Assembly: GCA_965204115.1 (NCBI GenBank)
Contig: OZ241963.1
Location: 233,293-297,292, forward strand
Reading direction: 5' to 3'
From: Minisyncoccota bacterium
GTDB lineage: Bacteria > Patescibacteriota > Minisyncoccia > Phycocordibacterales > JABAAK01
Length of the DNA stretch: 64,000 nucleotides
A model generated the notes under the pieces. It had not been told where the DNA came from, did not search any database, and saw nothing but the letters and a program-made list of their open reading frames with translations. The first letter of the stretch is position 1. Each line of letters begins with the position of its first letter. Positions 28,529 to 37,416 of the stretch are shown here, piece after piece. The translations under genes were made by a program, and so were the position numbers.

Positions 28529-29503
28529 CTAGTAGTCGTACTCAACTGATTCCCAGTAGCACTCCTGGGAGCCAACGAAGTGGGAACCGCTACCACCGCC
28601 CCCGCCAAAGTTGTAGTAGTTGTTGTACACAGGGCCTCTATACTGGTCGCCCCCGATGAAGTCGCGACCGACTTCCTCAACTTTGACGCCTGAATTTTTT
28701 GCGATTGCCTCGAGCAATCGCATCTGATTCCCCAGTAGATAGCCTTGGTGGTTCAAGGTGTCTACGAGGGCTATAAGTTGCTCAAACTCCTGGGTACCGT
28801 TCTCCCGTATGGCATCAATCAGCTTATTGGCCATCTCGTTCGCGCTGTTCATAGCGCTTATAAGGGCCGCATTCTTCTGATTGAGTTGGAACTGTAGCCA
28901 GGCTTCCCGCTCCTCCAGATCCTCGAGTCGTTGAGTGGAGGCCGGTCTTAGTAGGGAAAGTAGTTCTTTGTTGTACACTACTGTCCCTCTTTTGTTCAAG
29001 AACTCCCAGATCATTGCCTGATATTCCAGGGTTAGCCGCTTTTCATTTAGCTGTGCCTGAAACTCCGTTTGCTGCGCGGATGGGAGTGTCTGCGCAAACG
29101 GATTGAGGACGCTCTGCGGCGTCTGGGCGTTTCCAGGAGGTGTCGTTGTGGCAGTGCCTCCACCGCCTGTCCACGCTGGGTCTATGCGGCTCAGGCGAAC
29201 GATTGCCTTTTGCCCTTCTTTGATCGCGGGTGTCGGCGTTACTGACGCCGGGTTAACGAGGAACAGTGTGTAGCGTGCGGTGTCGCCGCCGCGTTTCAAT
29301 TCTGCTATCTGGGTGGTAGTCACCCCGCCGTTTGCATCAATGAATATCTGATTCTGCTGCACCCATTGCAGGATCTCTGTGCCTGTTCCTATTTTTCGGC
29401 CTTCGGGACATTGTTCAAGCCCGGTGACCAGGGTTATCTCTGCCGTTGCTGTTGTCGTTGCGAATGTGAAGATTGCTAATATTACTATTGCTGCGAATTT
29501 CAT
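28529..29503 (-). CDS. secreted hypothetical protein
   Basis: Signal peptide (ATA-EI), AAGGAG SD, coiled-coil region. Confidence 0.75.
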   Translation of the reverse strand: MKFAAIVILAIFTFATTTATAEITLVTGLEQCPEGRKIGTGTEILQWVQQNQIFIDANGGVTTTQIAELKRGGDTARYTLFLVNPASVTPTPAIKEGQKAIVRLSRIDPAWTGGGGTATTTPPGNAQTPQSVLNPFAQTLPSAQQTEFQAQLNEKRLTLEYQAMIWEFLNKRGTVVYNKELLSLLRPASTQRLEDLEEREAWLQFQLNQKNAALISAMNSANEMANKLIDAIRENGTQEFEQLIALVDTLNHQGYLLGNQMRLLEAIAKNSGVKVEEVGRDFIGGDQYRGPVYNNYYNFGGGGGSGSHFVGSQECYWESVEYDY

Positions 29504-29562
29504 TTTTTCTCCTTTTTACGAGGAGGTGTGCAGCGACGCTGCAACACCTCTCTCTCTGTTAT

Positions 29563-31482
29563 CTATCGGTGCCCTCCCCTCACGAAGCGTCTCTTCTTTT
29601 TGTCGGAGGAGGGTTGTTCGGTTGTGATAAACTCAAAATCAATAGATGTCTCTGTACGACCGGACCGTGGCAGTAGGTATTCGGTGGTTGTTATCACCAC
29701 TTTGTACCCTGTTGCCGTTGGATTGGCCGACAGAAACTCTTGCTGTGCTGCCGCCATCTTCCGCATATGTGGATTGCGGAGGTACTGCTGGTACTCCGCC
29801 TTGCTCAGGAGGTCAGCGGCCGAAACGGTGATTGACGTCGGTTCTCCGATGAGAACCCTTTCTTCAGAAGAAGTTTCGGCGCTGTCATTGGTGTCGGTGT
29901 CCGTTGCTTCGCCACTTGCGTCTGGGGTCTCTGGTTTTGGCTGCCCCAGGAGTGCGAACCGGATCTTCGGCCCCAGTTCAGGGGTCCGGTCAAAAATCAC
30001 CTGAAAAGGTTTCTCTTTGAACGGATAGGCCTTGTGGTCCGTTATCTCGATCTTCATTTCATTTTTTGCCCACCATACAAGGCGGTCAAAGAATTCCTGA
30101 GGATCGAAATGATCCGTTTTGTCGGCAAAGTACACCAACTCGGTGAGTGATGTGATGTTCGCTCTGTCCGCTCCCGGCTCAAATCGCACCTTCTTGCCGG
30201 TCTCCCCTTCCTCTATGAAATAGATGATGGGGAAATCGTTTTCAGTGATTTGTCCTGGGTGTTTCCCTAATCCCTCGCCGATCAGGGTGAATAGCTCTAA
30301 GCTGGTTAGGTCTACGCTGTGCTTCTGTCTGAGCGTGTTCACCCGCAGAGATACGATGTCCTCGTACCTCTGAACGGTGTCACGGACTGCCGTTATGACC
30401 CGTTCGACCTCCATCGCACCTTCCGGGGTCAGGGTGTCGTATCGGATGATAACCGAGCGCTTCCACTTCCCGCCTTTTTCAGGGCGGTGTAGGAGCCCGT
30501 TATTCGAACGGAGGAAGCCGTACACCCTTTCGGGCTCAATACCCCACTCTTCGGCAACCTTAAGTGCCTCAAAGTCGGTATTGATTGGTTTGCTCTCCTT
30601 GTATCGCTTTTTGAACGCAACGGACACTTTTCCTTCTGCGTCTCGCCATTGGTAGACGATAAACTCAGGAAGAGGTTCCTCTGGTGAGACCTCCAATACC
30701 TCGTACAAGTTCTCTAAGCCGGCGGTCCAGTTCTCAACCTTTACGCCGTTTTTACTGAGGTAGGCAAGCGCCTTCTCCGTACTGGTGAACGGTTTCGGCT
30801 TGATTTTGATTTCTTCCGGCGTGGGTGGGGGCGCTGGGGCCTTATACCACTTCGGCGGGAATACATACAACGATGGTTTCCCGTCGGGGCCGAGGAATGG
30901 TCTGCCAGTTGTCGGGTCAAGGTTGACTGCGATTGACATCCGGTAGTCCGTGACTCGTTTCTTGCCAGCAAAGTATTTGCTGGACAAGATTTGTGACATC
31001 ACGAAACTCTGCGGCTCTGATACACTGAGCTCGCTGCCAACCCATTCAACGAATTCGTTGAAATGGGAGCGACTCTTGATCTCATTTGCATGGATCAAGC
31101 TGAATTCGAAGTCAGCAGAGTTCTCATCAATCCTCGATGCCGTTGCGTCTCCCGGAATAGTGACCATTATTTTGACCGCTCCCTCGCCCTGTTCAGGGAC
31201 GGGGACGATTTGGGCCACGACTGGTGGGTACACTCCGTCCTTGAACCGCACTGAGTGTTGTTCCTTTGCGGCAGCTTCAAATGCGGCAGGGTTTACCAAC
31301 ACCGCCTTGAATTTTTCGATCTTCTCCCATGTGTCGAGCGTTTGTGGGAGATCCGGGTTCATTCCCCTTGCTGTTAGTTCAGTCAAGATGGATGAATCTA
31401 ATACGCCGATCCCAATTAACGCGAGACCTGTTACTCCCCCGATTAAGAGGAGTAGCCCTATGACGAACAAGAACTTTTTCAT
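29563..31482 (-). CDS. membrane-anchored hypothetical protein
   Basis: ~640-aa ORF, N-terminal TM, AAGGAG SD before ATG at 31482. Confidence 0.75.
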   Translation of the reverse strand: MKKFLFVIGLLLLIGGVTGLALIGIGVLDSSILTELTARGMNPDLPQTLDTWEKIEKFKAVLVNPAAFEAAAKEQHSVRFKDGVYPPVVAQIVPVPEQGEGAVKIMVTIPGDATASRIDENSADFEFSLIHANEIKSRSHFNEFVEWVGSELSVSEPQSFVMSQILSSKYFAGKKRVTDYRMSIAVNLDPTTGRPFLGPDGKPSLYVFPPKWYKAPAPPPTPEEIKIKPKPFTSTEKALAYLSKNGVKVENWTAGLENLYEVLEVSPEEPLPEFIVYQWRDAEGKVSVAFKKRYKESKPINTDFEALKVAEEWGIEPERVYGFLRSNNGLLHRPEKGGKWKRSVIIRYDTLTPEGAMEVERVITAVRDTVQRYEDIVSLRVNTLRQKHSVDLTSLELFTLIGEGLGKHPGQITENDFPIIYFIEEGETGKKVRFEPGADRANITSLTELVYFADKTDHFDPQEFFDRLVWWAKNEMKIEITDHKAYPFKEKPFQVIFDRTPELGPKIRFALLGQPKPETPDASGEATDTDTNDSAETSSEERVLIGEPTSITVSAADLLSKAEYQQYLRNPHMRKMAAAQQEFLSANPTATGYKVVITTTEYLLPRSGRTETSIDFEFITTEQPSSDKKKRRFVRGGHR

Positions 31483-31571
31483 CTTTTGCACTCCTTGTAT
31501 TTGCTCCTCCGATGTGTCGAGGGCAAAAAAATTGTTGTTTGGTTGTTATTGGACAGATAAAGTCCATTGCA

Positions 31572-31600
31572 ATTATACCATTTTGCTATTGTTTTGTCAA
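31572..31600 (-). promoter_or_regulatory. consensus sigma70 promoter
   Basis: TTGACA-17 nt-TATAAT (with TG) on the minus strand. Confidence 0.85.
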
Positions 31601-31732
31601 GGCACCACAGCGACACCTTTGCTGTCTGTGAGTATAGTAGCATAGGTGCTTTTTTTCCTTTTTTTTACGGGATATTTTGTGTGATTAGTGAGTTCTAAAA
31701 ATAGGTGTATTGGGGGGTTGTTTTAAAACAGA

Positions 31733-31759
31733 AGAAGGGACGGCTGGGCCGTCCCTTCT
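31733..31759 (-). terminator. intrinsic terminator
   Basis: AGAAGGGACGGC/GCCGTCCCTTCT 12-bp stem downstream of 31797-32777. Confidence 0.7.
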
Positions 31760-31796
31760 AACGAACATTACATTAATACAGTTGAGCGAGCTTGTG

Positions 31797-32777
31797 CTAT
31801 TTCAGTTCAACTTTTCCTTCGCCGCCTTCTTCAGATCCGTTATTCCCTTCCTGAAGCTTGTTCGCCTGCGCAATCGCTTCGGCGAGCTGACTTGTTTTCT
31901 TGTCACGGCGCTTGCCCCAGAAGCCCTTCACGCCATCTTTCGTTTCCGTAAAAATGACTTTATAGGCCTTGAAGCCATAGAATAAGACCAAGGGGAGCAG
32001 GATGATTACCGCACCAATCAGCCACCAGTTTATACCGTTGTCGTCGTGGACGACGGTGGTGGTTGAACCGTGGTTACCGTTGTGGGTTTCATCAGCAGCT
32101 GGAGGAGCCGAGCTGGACGGGCTGTAAGCGGTTGTTGCAACCAGGCCGTCGGCGATGAGCAAAGGCAAAATGTCCTGATTGGCCTTCATACTGCCAACGG
32201 TGTTGGCGGCCAACAGATACATCTCTTGGACATGGTCGCGATAAGCTTTCCACGCTTCCAGATTTGCACCTGCTTCCGGCACTGTAATTTCTTGGGCCAT
32301 ATCGTTTGCCGCAACCATCATGTCGAATGCGAGCTCTCGTTCTGCCTTGGTCGTTGCGCTCCCAGAGCTTGCAACCACCATTGCTGCTTTGATTTTCTCT
32401 TTCGCAGCTTCGGCTTCGCGTTTTGCGACGCGGGCAGCCTGCATGTCCTCGAACTTCTGTTTTGTAATCTTGTACCCGTACTCAGAGTCCGGGACGAAGA
32501 TTGCGTCTTTCTCAATTGTTCCTTGGAAAACAAACGCTTGGTCAATTAACCTACGCGCTGCGTGCGTCCCGCCGCGAATGTTATTCACGCGGGTTTGGGG
32601 AGACGCGTTTTCGTTTGGCTCCGCCGGGTTGTCTAAACTGCGGGGGGCGTCATGGATTGGCGGTACCGTTCCTGCGGTTCCTCCGCCTTCTCCTGGTTGG
32701 CGAAACTGTGCGTCTGCAGCAAACACTGTCATCAAAACTGTCAAAACTGTTAATGTGAAAATTCTAATGCGGGTCAT
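31797..32777 (-). CDS. exported protein with C-terminal TM anchor
   Basis: Signal peptide (ADA-QF), C-terminal INWWLIGAVIILL TM, AAGGAG SD. Confidence 0.75.
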   Translation of the reverse strand: MTRIRIFTLTVLTVLMTVFAADAQFRQPGEGGGTAGTVPPIHDAPRSLDNPAEPNENASPQTRVNNIRGGTHAARRLIDQAFVFQGTIEKDAIFVPDSEYGYKITKQKFEDMQAARVAKREAEAAKEKIKAAMVVASSGSATTKAERELAFDMMVAANDMAQEITVPEAGANLEAWKAYRDHVQEMYLLAANTVGSMKANQDILPLLIADGLVATTAYSPSSSAPPAADETHNGNHGSTTTVVHDDNGINWWLIGAVIILLPLVLFYGFKAYKVIFTETKDGVKGFWGKRRDKKTSQLAEAIAQANKLQEGNNGSEEGGEGKVELK

Positions 32778-33031
32778 TGTGGGTGACTCCTTTTTATAAG
32801 ATATTTGTAGGTTGGGGGCCTACGAAAAATGAAGATTCACCCAATCTGTGTTCCGATTATCATAATAGCGAAAAAAAATAATTTGTCAACCCTTTAGGGT
32901 ATTTTGGCATATCTCTTTTCAGTATTAAAAATAAGTCGGGCACCTCTCACTTATCACTACTGTGCTATGTGAGGGTGCCCTTCTTTAAGATTGATCATTG
33001 AAAAATTGAATGAGCTAAAAAATTGAAAGAG

Positions 33032-33751
33032 CTACTGGATCGGGACCAGTTTATAGGGGATCGTTGGGAGACCGCCTTCACTGGACGCCGAAGTTGCGGA
33101 TGGGCTCGGGTAGACTACGAGTGCCCCGGACTTGATCCGGGCATCTTCGCCAACACGAACACTGTTTAAGATCATGGAAAACGCTGCCATTTCTGAGGCT
33201 TCTACGCTCCCGTATTCACCAACCGGTAACAAGTTCGTCGGAATTCCAGTGGCATTGAGCTCATTGATGTGCTCGGACGTCAGTCCCTCAGTGGCGACCC
33301 GCTGTGCGGTCTCGCTATCAACGACATTGTACTTGAAGGACGACGGTATGCCGCCTTCAGATGTCGCGGAAGTCGCGGACGGGCTTGGGTATACAACGAG
33401 AGCCCCGGATTCCAGGACAGATTCTTTGCCCAGTGTGGTGCTTGCGAGTACCATTGAAAATGCTGCTTTCCCGCTTGGGTCAGTGACGATCACATTCCCT
33501 GCCTCGATCCCGCCCTGCTTGCCATCCTTCAGGAGTGCTGCAAGCTGGGCGTTTGCGATGCGGGCGTTTAGCTCGGTTTCTGCCGGATCGGCGTCAACAG
33601 TAGTGTTATCGGTTTCGGACGGGGCGACCTCTTGGTGTGCCTGCATTTGGTGCGGCACCGTCGTACTCAGGCATCCGGAAATGGTGCCAATGATGAGCAG
33701 TGCGCACACGACCAATCCGACTCTTTTCGCGTTCAAAATCATCGCTTTCAT
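33032..33751 (-). CDS. lipoprotein with internal duplication
   Basis: Lipobox ISGC; two copies of AAFSM...SGALVVYPSPSATSAxSEGGxP. Confidence 0.75.
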   Translation of the reverse strand: MKAMILNAKRVGLVVCALLIIGTISGCLSTTVPHQMQAHQEVAPSETDNTTVDADPAETELNARIANAQLAALLKDGKQGGIEAGNVIVTDPSGKAAFSMVLASTTLGKESVLESGALVVYPSPSATSATSEGGIPSSFKYNVVDSETAQRVATEGLTSEHINELNATGIPTNLLPVGEYGSVEASEMAAFSMILNSVRVGEDARIKSGALVVYPSPSATSASSEGGLPTIPYKLVPIQ

Positions 33752-33869
33752 GGAAATATACCTCTCTGGTTAGTCTGGTTAGTTAGTCAAAAAAATAAGA
33801 TGGTTCCTGGTACTGGTATGTGTAATGTTCGTCGTTAGAGAACTAGCCTTACGGCAAGTTTCCAGAGAA

Positions 33870-33898
33870 AGTGTACCAAAAAAAAGAGGTTGTGTCAA
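33870..33898 (-). promoter_or_regulatory. sigma70 promoter
   Basis: TTGACA-17 nt-TACACT (with TG) on the minus strand. Confidence 0.7.
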
Positions 33899-34194
33899 CT
33901 GTAGATGGTTTCTGCGAGGTGCTGGAGAGAGGTCTGGATATCTCTTTCCGCTAACCTACTGACAAAGGCAATGATAGTCCAGACGGAGGCGATAATGAAG
34001 ATGCCGAAAATACTCCAGCCGAGTTTGGTGAAGAGGTCTTTCCTTTCGGTTGATTCTGCGCCGGCTATGAGCTTGATGGCAATGATGATAAAAAAGAGGA
34101 TGGCGATGAAGAGCATCCCTGCCATTAATGGGTTTACGATATGATCAAACAGGTTGTCGGCGATCTCTTTGGCTGAAAGGGCAAAGGCGAGCAT
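33895..34194 (-). CDS. CPR-type pilin-like (TrbC/VirB2-like) membrane protein
   Basis: Two TM helices, K.LGWSIFGIFIIASVW motif. Confidence 0.7.
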   Translation of the reverse strand: MLAFALSAKEIADNLFDHIVNPLMAGMLFIAILFFIIIAIKLIAGAESTERKDLFTKLGWSIFGIFIIASVWTIIAFVSRLAERDIQTSLQHLAETIYS

Positions 34195-34215
34195 ATAGGT
34201 TTAGTATACAGGGGT

Positions 34216-34611
34216 TTATTGGGCCGGAGCGATTGATTCCACTTTTCGAAATTCTATATCCGGATTGCCCGGTCCGGCTGTGCCGAGAATGGCAGTTTGA
34301 AGGAGGGATACCAATCCCCAGACGCTGACCAGCACGAAAATGCCGATGATCCCCCATCCCATCCGCTTTTTTGCGTCTGTATTGGCTTCATTCTTACGGA
34401 TATAGTCCACCAAACCCCAGAAAAAAAGGAGGAATGCTATGGTAGCAGCGATGCCGATACATACTGCGATAAGCGGAGGGATATCAGCGACAAGACCTAA
34501 AATCCTATTAATCTCTTGTTCGGCAGGACCCTCTGCAAATGCAATGCCGGCGCCGGAATAAAAAAGTAGTGGGCAATAGGGTGCGTGTTGTGTGAATCTC
34601 TTCATTGTCAA
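34216..34611 (-). CDS. CPR-type pilin-like protein
   Basis: FFWGLVDYI...AKKRMGWGIIGIFVLVSVWGLV. Confidence 0.75.
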   Translation of the reverse strand: MTMKRFTQHAPYCPLLFYSGAGIAFAEGPAEQEINRILGLVADIPPLIAVCIGIAATIAFLLFFWGLVDYIRKNEANTDAKKRMGWGIIGIFVLVSVWGLVSLLQTAILGTAGPGNPDIEFRKVESIAPAQ

Positions 34612-35363
34612 CTGCAGTCAAAAGTTAGAAGGCGGCTTTTATTTGTATCGGCTGGGCAGTCACCAGAAACAAGGTCACATTTGTCTGTTGAACCCGTAAC
34701 GCCGTCTGCTTTCTTACACTTTGTGTACCCCTTCTTTTCCGTAGTTTGGTTTTTGCAACAAGGGCTTTTTAGATCTGATTCCTTTACACAAGTTGCTGAG
34801 TTTCCATCAGCATTTCTTGCAGGTCTTCCTTCGCTGTTTATATAACGAATACTCACGCTGCCCCCTCCACATCTCTGACTCCCCACTTCCGGCAGTGCAA
34901 TATTGTTGACCTGCTCTTCGCCGACTCCGACCCCAAGCACTCCACGGATAAATCCGATGATGCCCCATAAGGTTACAATCACAAAAATAGCCCCTAAAGA
35001 GTAGCCCATTTTGGTTTTTGCCTCCTCTTTCCCCTCCTCATCTCGGATATACTTGACCAGATTCCAGAAGAAGTAGAAAAAAGCGGCTGTAACCACAATT
35101 CCCACAAGAAGTCTCAACAGACCGGCAAACAAATTGCTCGCATCAAACAGTTGTGCAATCGGGTAAGAAATACTTCCCGGGCACACCTCTTTTGTGCCTC
35201 CGGGTGGTATGATGCATTCTTCGGATCCTTGCGCATCTGCCGGCAGTGAAACGAGGGAGAGGGTTGCGAAACTGAGGAAAAGCGCTGCCCCGATTATTGC
35301 AATATACAGGGTCTTTCGTATAAAAATTTGCTTTGGAGTCATGTGGTTATTATTATATATCAT
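34608..35363 (-). CDS. CPR-type pilin-like protein with Cys-rich extensions
   Basis: FFWNLVKYI...AKTKMGYSLGAIFVIVTLWGII; Cys-rich C-tail. Confidence 0.75.
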   Translation of the reverse strand: MIYNNNHMTPKQIFIRKTLYIAIIGAALFLSFATLSLVSLPADAQGSEECIIPPGGTKEVCPGSISYPIAQLFDASNLFAGLLRLLVGIVVTAAFFYFFWNLVKYIRDEEGKEEAKTKMGYSLGAIFVIVTLWGIIGFIRGVLGVGVGEEQVNNIALPEVGSQRCGGGSVSIRYINSEGRPARNADGNSATCVKESDLKSPCCKNQTTEKKGYTKCKKADGVTGSTDKCDLVSGDCPADTNKSRLLTFDCS

Positions 35364-35463
35364 TTTCTATGAAAAATCGTGTTGTTTGTGTGGAAAAGAT
35401 TTGGGTAGGAAAAATCCTATATTTTGTGTATTTTACTCCAATTTGTGTAACTACACCAGAGGG

Positions 35464-35493
35464 TTGACAAATACCCAAAATCAATGCTATAGT
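35464..35493 (+). promoter_or_regulatory. sigma70 promoter
   Basis: TTGACA-18 nt-TATAGT with TGn extension. Confidence 0.7.
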
Positions 35494-35497
35494 GTAA

Positions 35498-35960
35498 TCA
35501 GCAGTTAGGGTAAGAGCCCTGGCGGTTCCTTATCTTAAGTAGTTAGAAAACTGTTGAGTGAGAATCTTGGGAGTGACCCTTTTTGGGGATTAAAGAGCCC
35601 GGAAGTAGTCTGAGGTGGTAGCGTCTGGGAAACGTTTACTATTCTTGGGCTGGCCGGTAGGGCATTCTGCTCCTAGACACAGGTTTAGTGCCAGCTGAAC
35701 CGAGTGAAATTTTAATCTTAATAGTTTTTGCCCTAATCTCAGGAGTGTGAGGCTTATCCAGTAACTCTGGATGAGAGAAATCCGAGCACGGATTAGGGAA
35801 GATATCGTCGGCATACCTTGGTTGGTCAGTTTTAACTGCTGTTTCTGCAGTTACCACTTTAGACCTTCCTTCGTACTCAATCTGTTTCCAGGTCTATGAT
35901 GTCTTGTTCTTTCCTGGCTTAAGCGCTCACACTTATCTTCGGATTTGTTTGAGCGCTTAT
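35498..35960 (+). ncRNA. putative large structured RNA / long leader of the amidase gene
   Basis: Multiple stems (35596-609/35638-51, 35731-38/35791-98, 35753-61/35767-75, 35920-29/35950-59 capped by C-UUCG-G); G-U pairs favour the plus strand. Confidence 0.55.
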
Positions 35961-35994
35961 TCTATATGTAACAAGATACTAAAGGAGGATAAAG

Positions 35995-36546
35995 GTGATT
36001 AAAAAAATTATTGCACTCTTGTTTGTCAGCGCATGTATCTCACTGTATGGTTGCGGTGGTGGTGTTCGCGGTTCCGGAGGCGGCTCGTTGCTTGATGGTG
36101 CCGGCAGACCGGTAACGACCGTTGTCGTGCATCATACTGCCGGTATGGCGAGCAACGACATCAAGCAGGTCGTCTCCGGAATCAACCGCCTGCATGCGCG
36201 AAAGTTTCGGAAGATGGGCAAGAGCTTGGGCCTTACCATTGCGTATCATTATTTGATTACACCGGATGGCAAGGTGTGGCGGACGCGGGACTTACAAGAT
36301 GTCGGCTACCACGCCGGTGACTGGGATGTGAACCTTCATTCCATTGGCGTCTGCTTGGTTGGTGATTTTACAAAATATCGTCCGACTAGGCCGCAGGTGC
36401 GGTCACTTGATCGGTTGGTGCGGCGACTGCGGAGTGAGCGGAATATCTCGAAAGTTATTCCTCACTCTTACTGTCGGGCAACGCTCTGTTGCGGAGAGTA
36501 CCTCAAGCGGGAAGTCCGCAAGCTTTCGTGGGGGAAGCACTTTTGA
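35995..36546 (+). CDS. N-acetylmuramoyl-L-alanine amidase (Amidase_2/PGRP-like) lipoprotein
   Basis: VVHHTA, IAYHYLI, GYHAG, SIGVCLVGDF, PHS...TLC; lipobox LYGC; AAGGAGG SD. Confidence 0.88.
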   Translation: MIKKIIALLFVSACISLYGCGGGVRGSGGGSLLDGAGRPVTTVVVHHTAGMASNDIKQVVSGINRLHARKFRKMGKSLGLTIAYHYLITPDGKVWRTRDLQDVGYHAGDWDVNLHSIGVCLVGDFTKYRPTRPQVRSLDRLVRRLRSERNISKVIPHSYCRATLCCGEYLKREVRKLSWGKHF

Positions 36547-36564
36547 TGAACATTACTTTTACAT

Positions 36565-36604
36565 AAATACCTGACACTGTCGCTGTGTCAGGTATTTTCT
36601 TTTT
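36565..36604. terminator. bidirectional terminator
   Basis: AAATACCTGACAC/GTGTCAGGTATTT stem between convergent genes. Confidence 0.7.
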
Positions 36605-36951
36605 TATCCGGTGAAGAGGTTGCGAAGGAGGTAGACAATGCCCCAGAGGGAGAAGACAGCGAAGAGGATGATGATGCCATAGAGGAGGCGCTTTTTGGCA
36701 AAATCGGCGAGGTTGCCGTCACCTTTGCTGGCGGCGCGCATATAGAGGACAATGCCGTAGATGAATAAGAAGAAGAGGATGATCACGGCGAGCGGGATCA
36801 GAACTCCGCTGAGTGCCTGAATGCCAAGATCAACGACACCTTTGAGGGAGAGTGTCTCCCAGGTCGGCTGGGCGGATGCACTGCCGGCACTGACGGTTGC
36901 GATGAGTAGTGCGGGCAGGAGTATTGTTTTTGCGTGGCGATGTGTTTTCAT
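36604..36951 (-). CDS. CPR-type pilin-like protein
   Basis: FIYGIVLYM...AKKRLLYGIIILFAVFSLWGIV. Confidence 0.75.
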   Translation of the reverse strand: MKTHRHAKTILLPALLIATVSAGSASAQPTWETLSLKGVVDLGIQALSGVLIPLAVIILFFLFIYGIVLYMRAASKGDGNLADFAKKRLLYGIIILFAVFSLWGIVYLLRNLFTG

Positions 36952-36969
36952 ACTGTATTTTAATGCGTG

Positions 36970-37353
36970 TTAGTTTTCGGTAACGGTCTCTACTTGATAG
37001 TCACTCTCCACCAACTCATTGACCGTGTTTTGAATGACAAAGAGAATACCGCGAGTGCCGAGTACGAGAAAGAGTCCGATGAGCGACCAGCCGAATGCGT
37101 TTTTCCATTTTGTGTAGTCGGCGGTTTTCTCTCTGCCGGCGAGCACCATCTGGAAGCCGATATAGGTGATGGAAAGGACGATGATAGGCATCAGGATGAG
37201 GGTAGCGCCATTTGTCACGCCGATGATGAGGTCGCTGACACTGCAGTATTTTATCGGATTGCAGAAGATTGCGTCGGATGGGCACCCGCAATCTGCGTAC
37301 ACAACAGTAGGAGTGAGCGCGGTGAGGAGTGAGAGTATGGCAGCGTACAACAT
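36970..37353 (-). CDS. CPR-type pilin-like (TrbC/VirB2-like) protein
   Basis: NPIK...YIGFQMVLA...KNAFGWSLIGLFLVLG. Confidence 0.75.
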   Translation of the reverse strand: MLYAAILSLLTALTPTVVYADCGCPSDAIFCNPIKYCSVSDLIIGVTNGATLILMPIIVLSITYIGFQMVLAGREKTADYTKWKNAFGWSLIGLFLVLGTRGILFVIQNTVNELVESDYQVETVTEN

Positions 37354-37416
37354 ATATATTCACTATAGTATACCACCACTGCTTCTGTTGCGGTGTCGTA
37401 TAGCAGTCATGGTTGT

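Noticed and set aside
35498-35960. RNase P RNA, tmRNA or group I intron
   Set aside because: No GAGGAAAGTCC or tRNA-like ends; intron core motifs were not recognised by eye.
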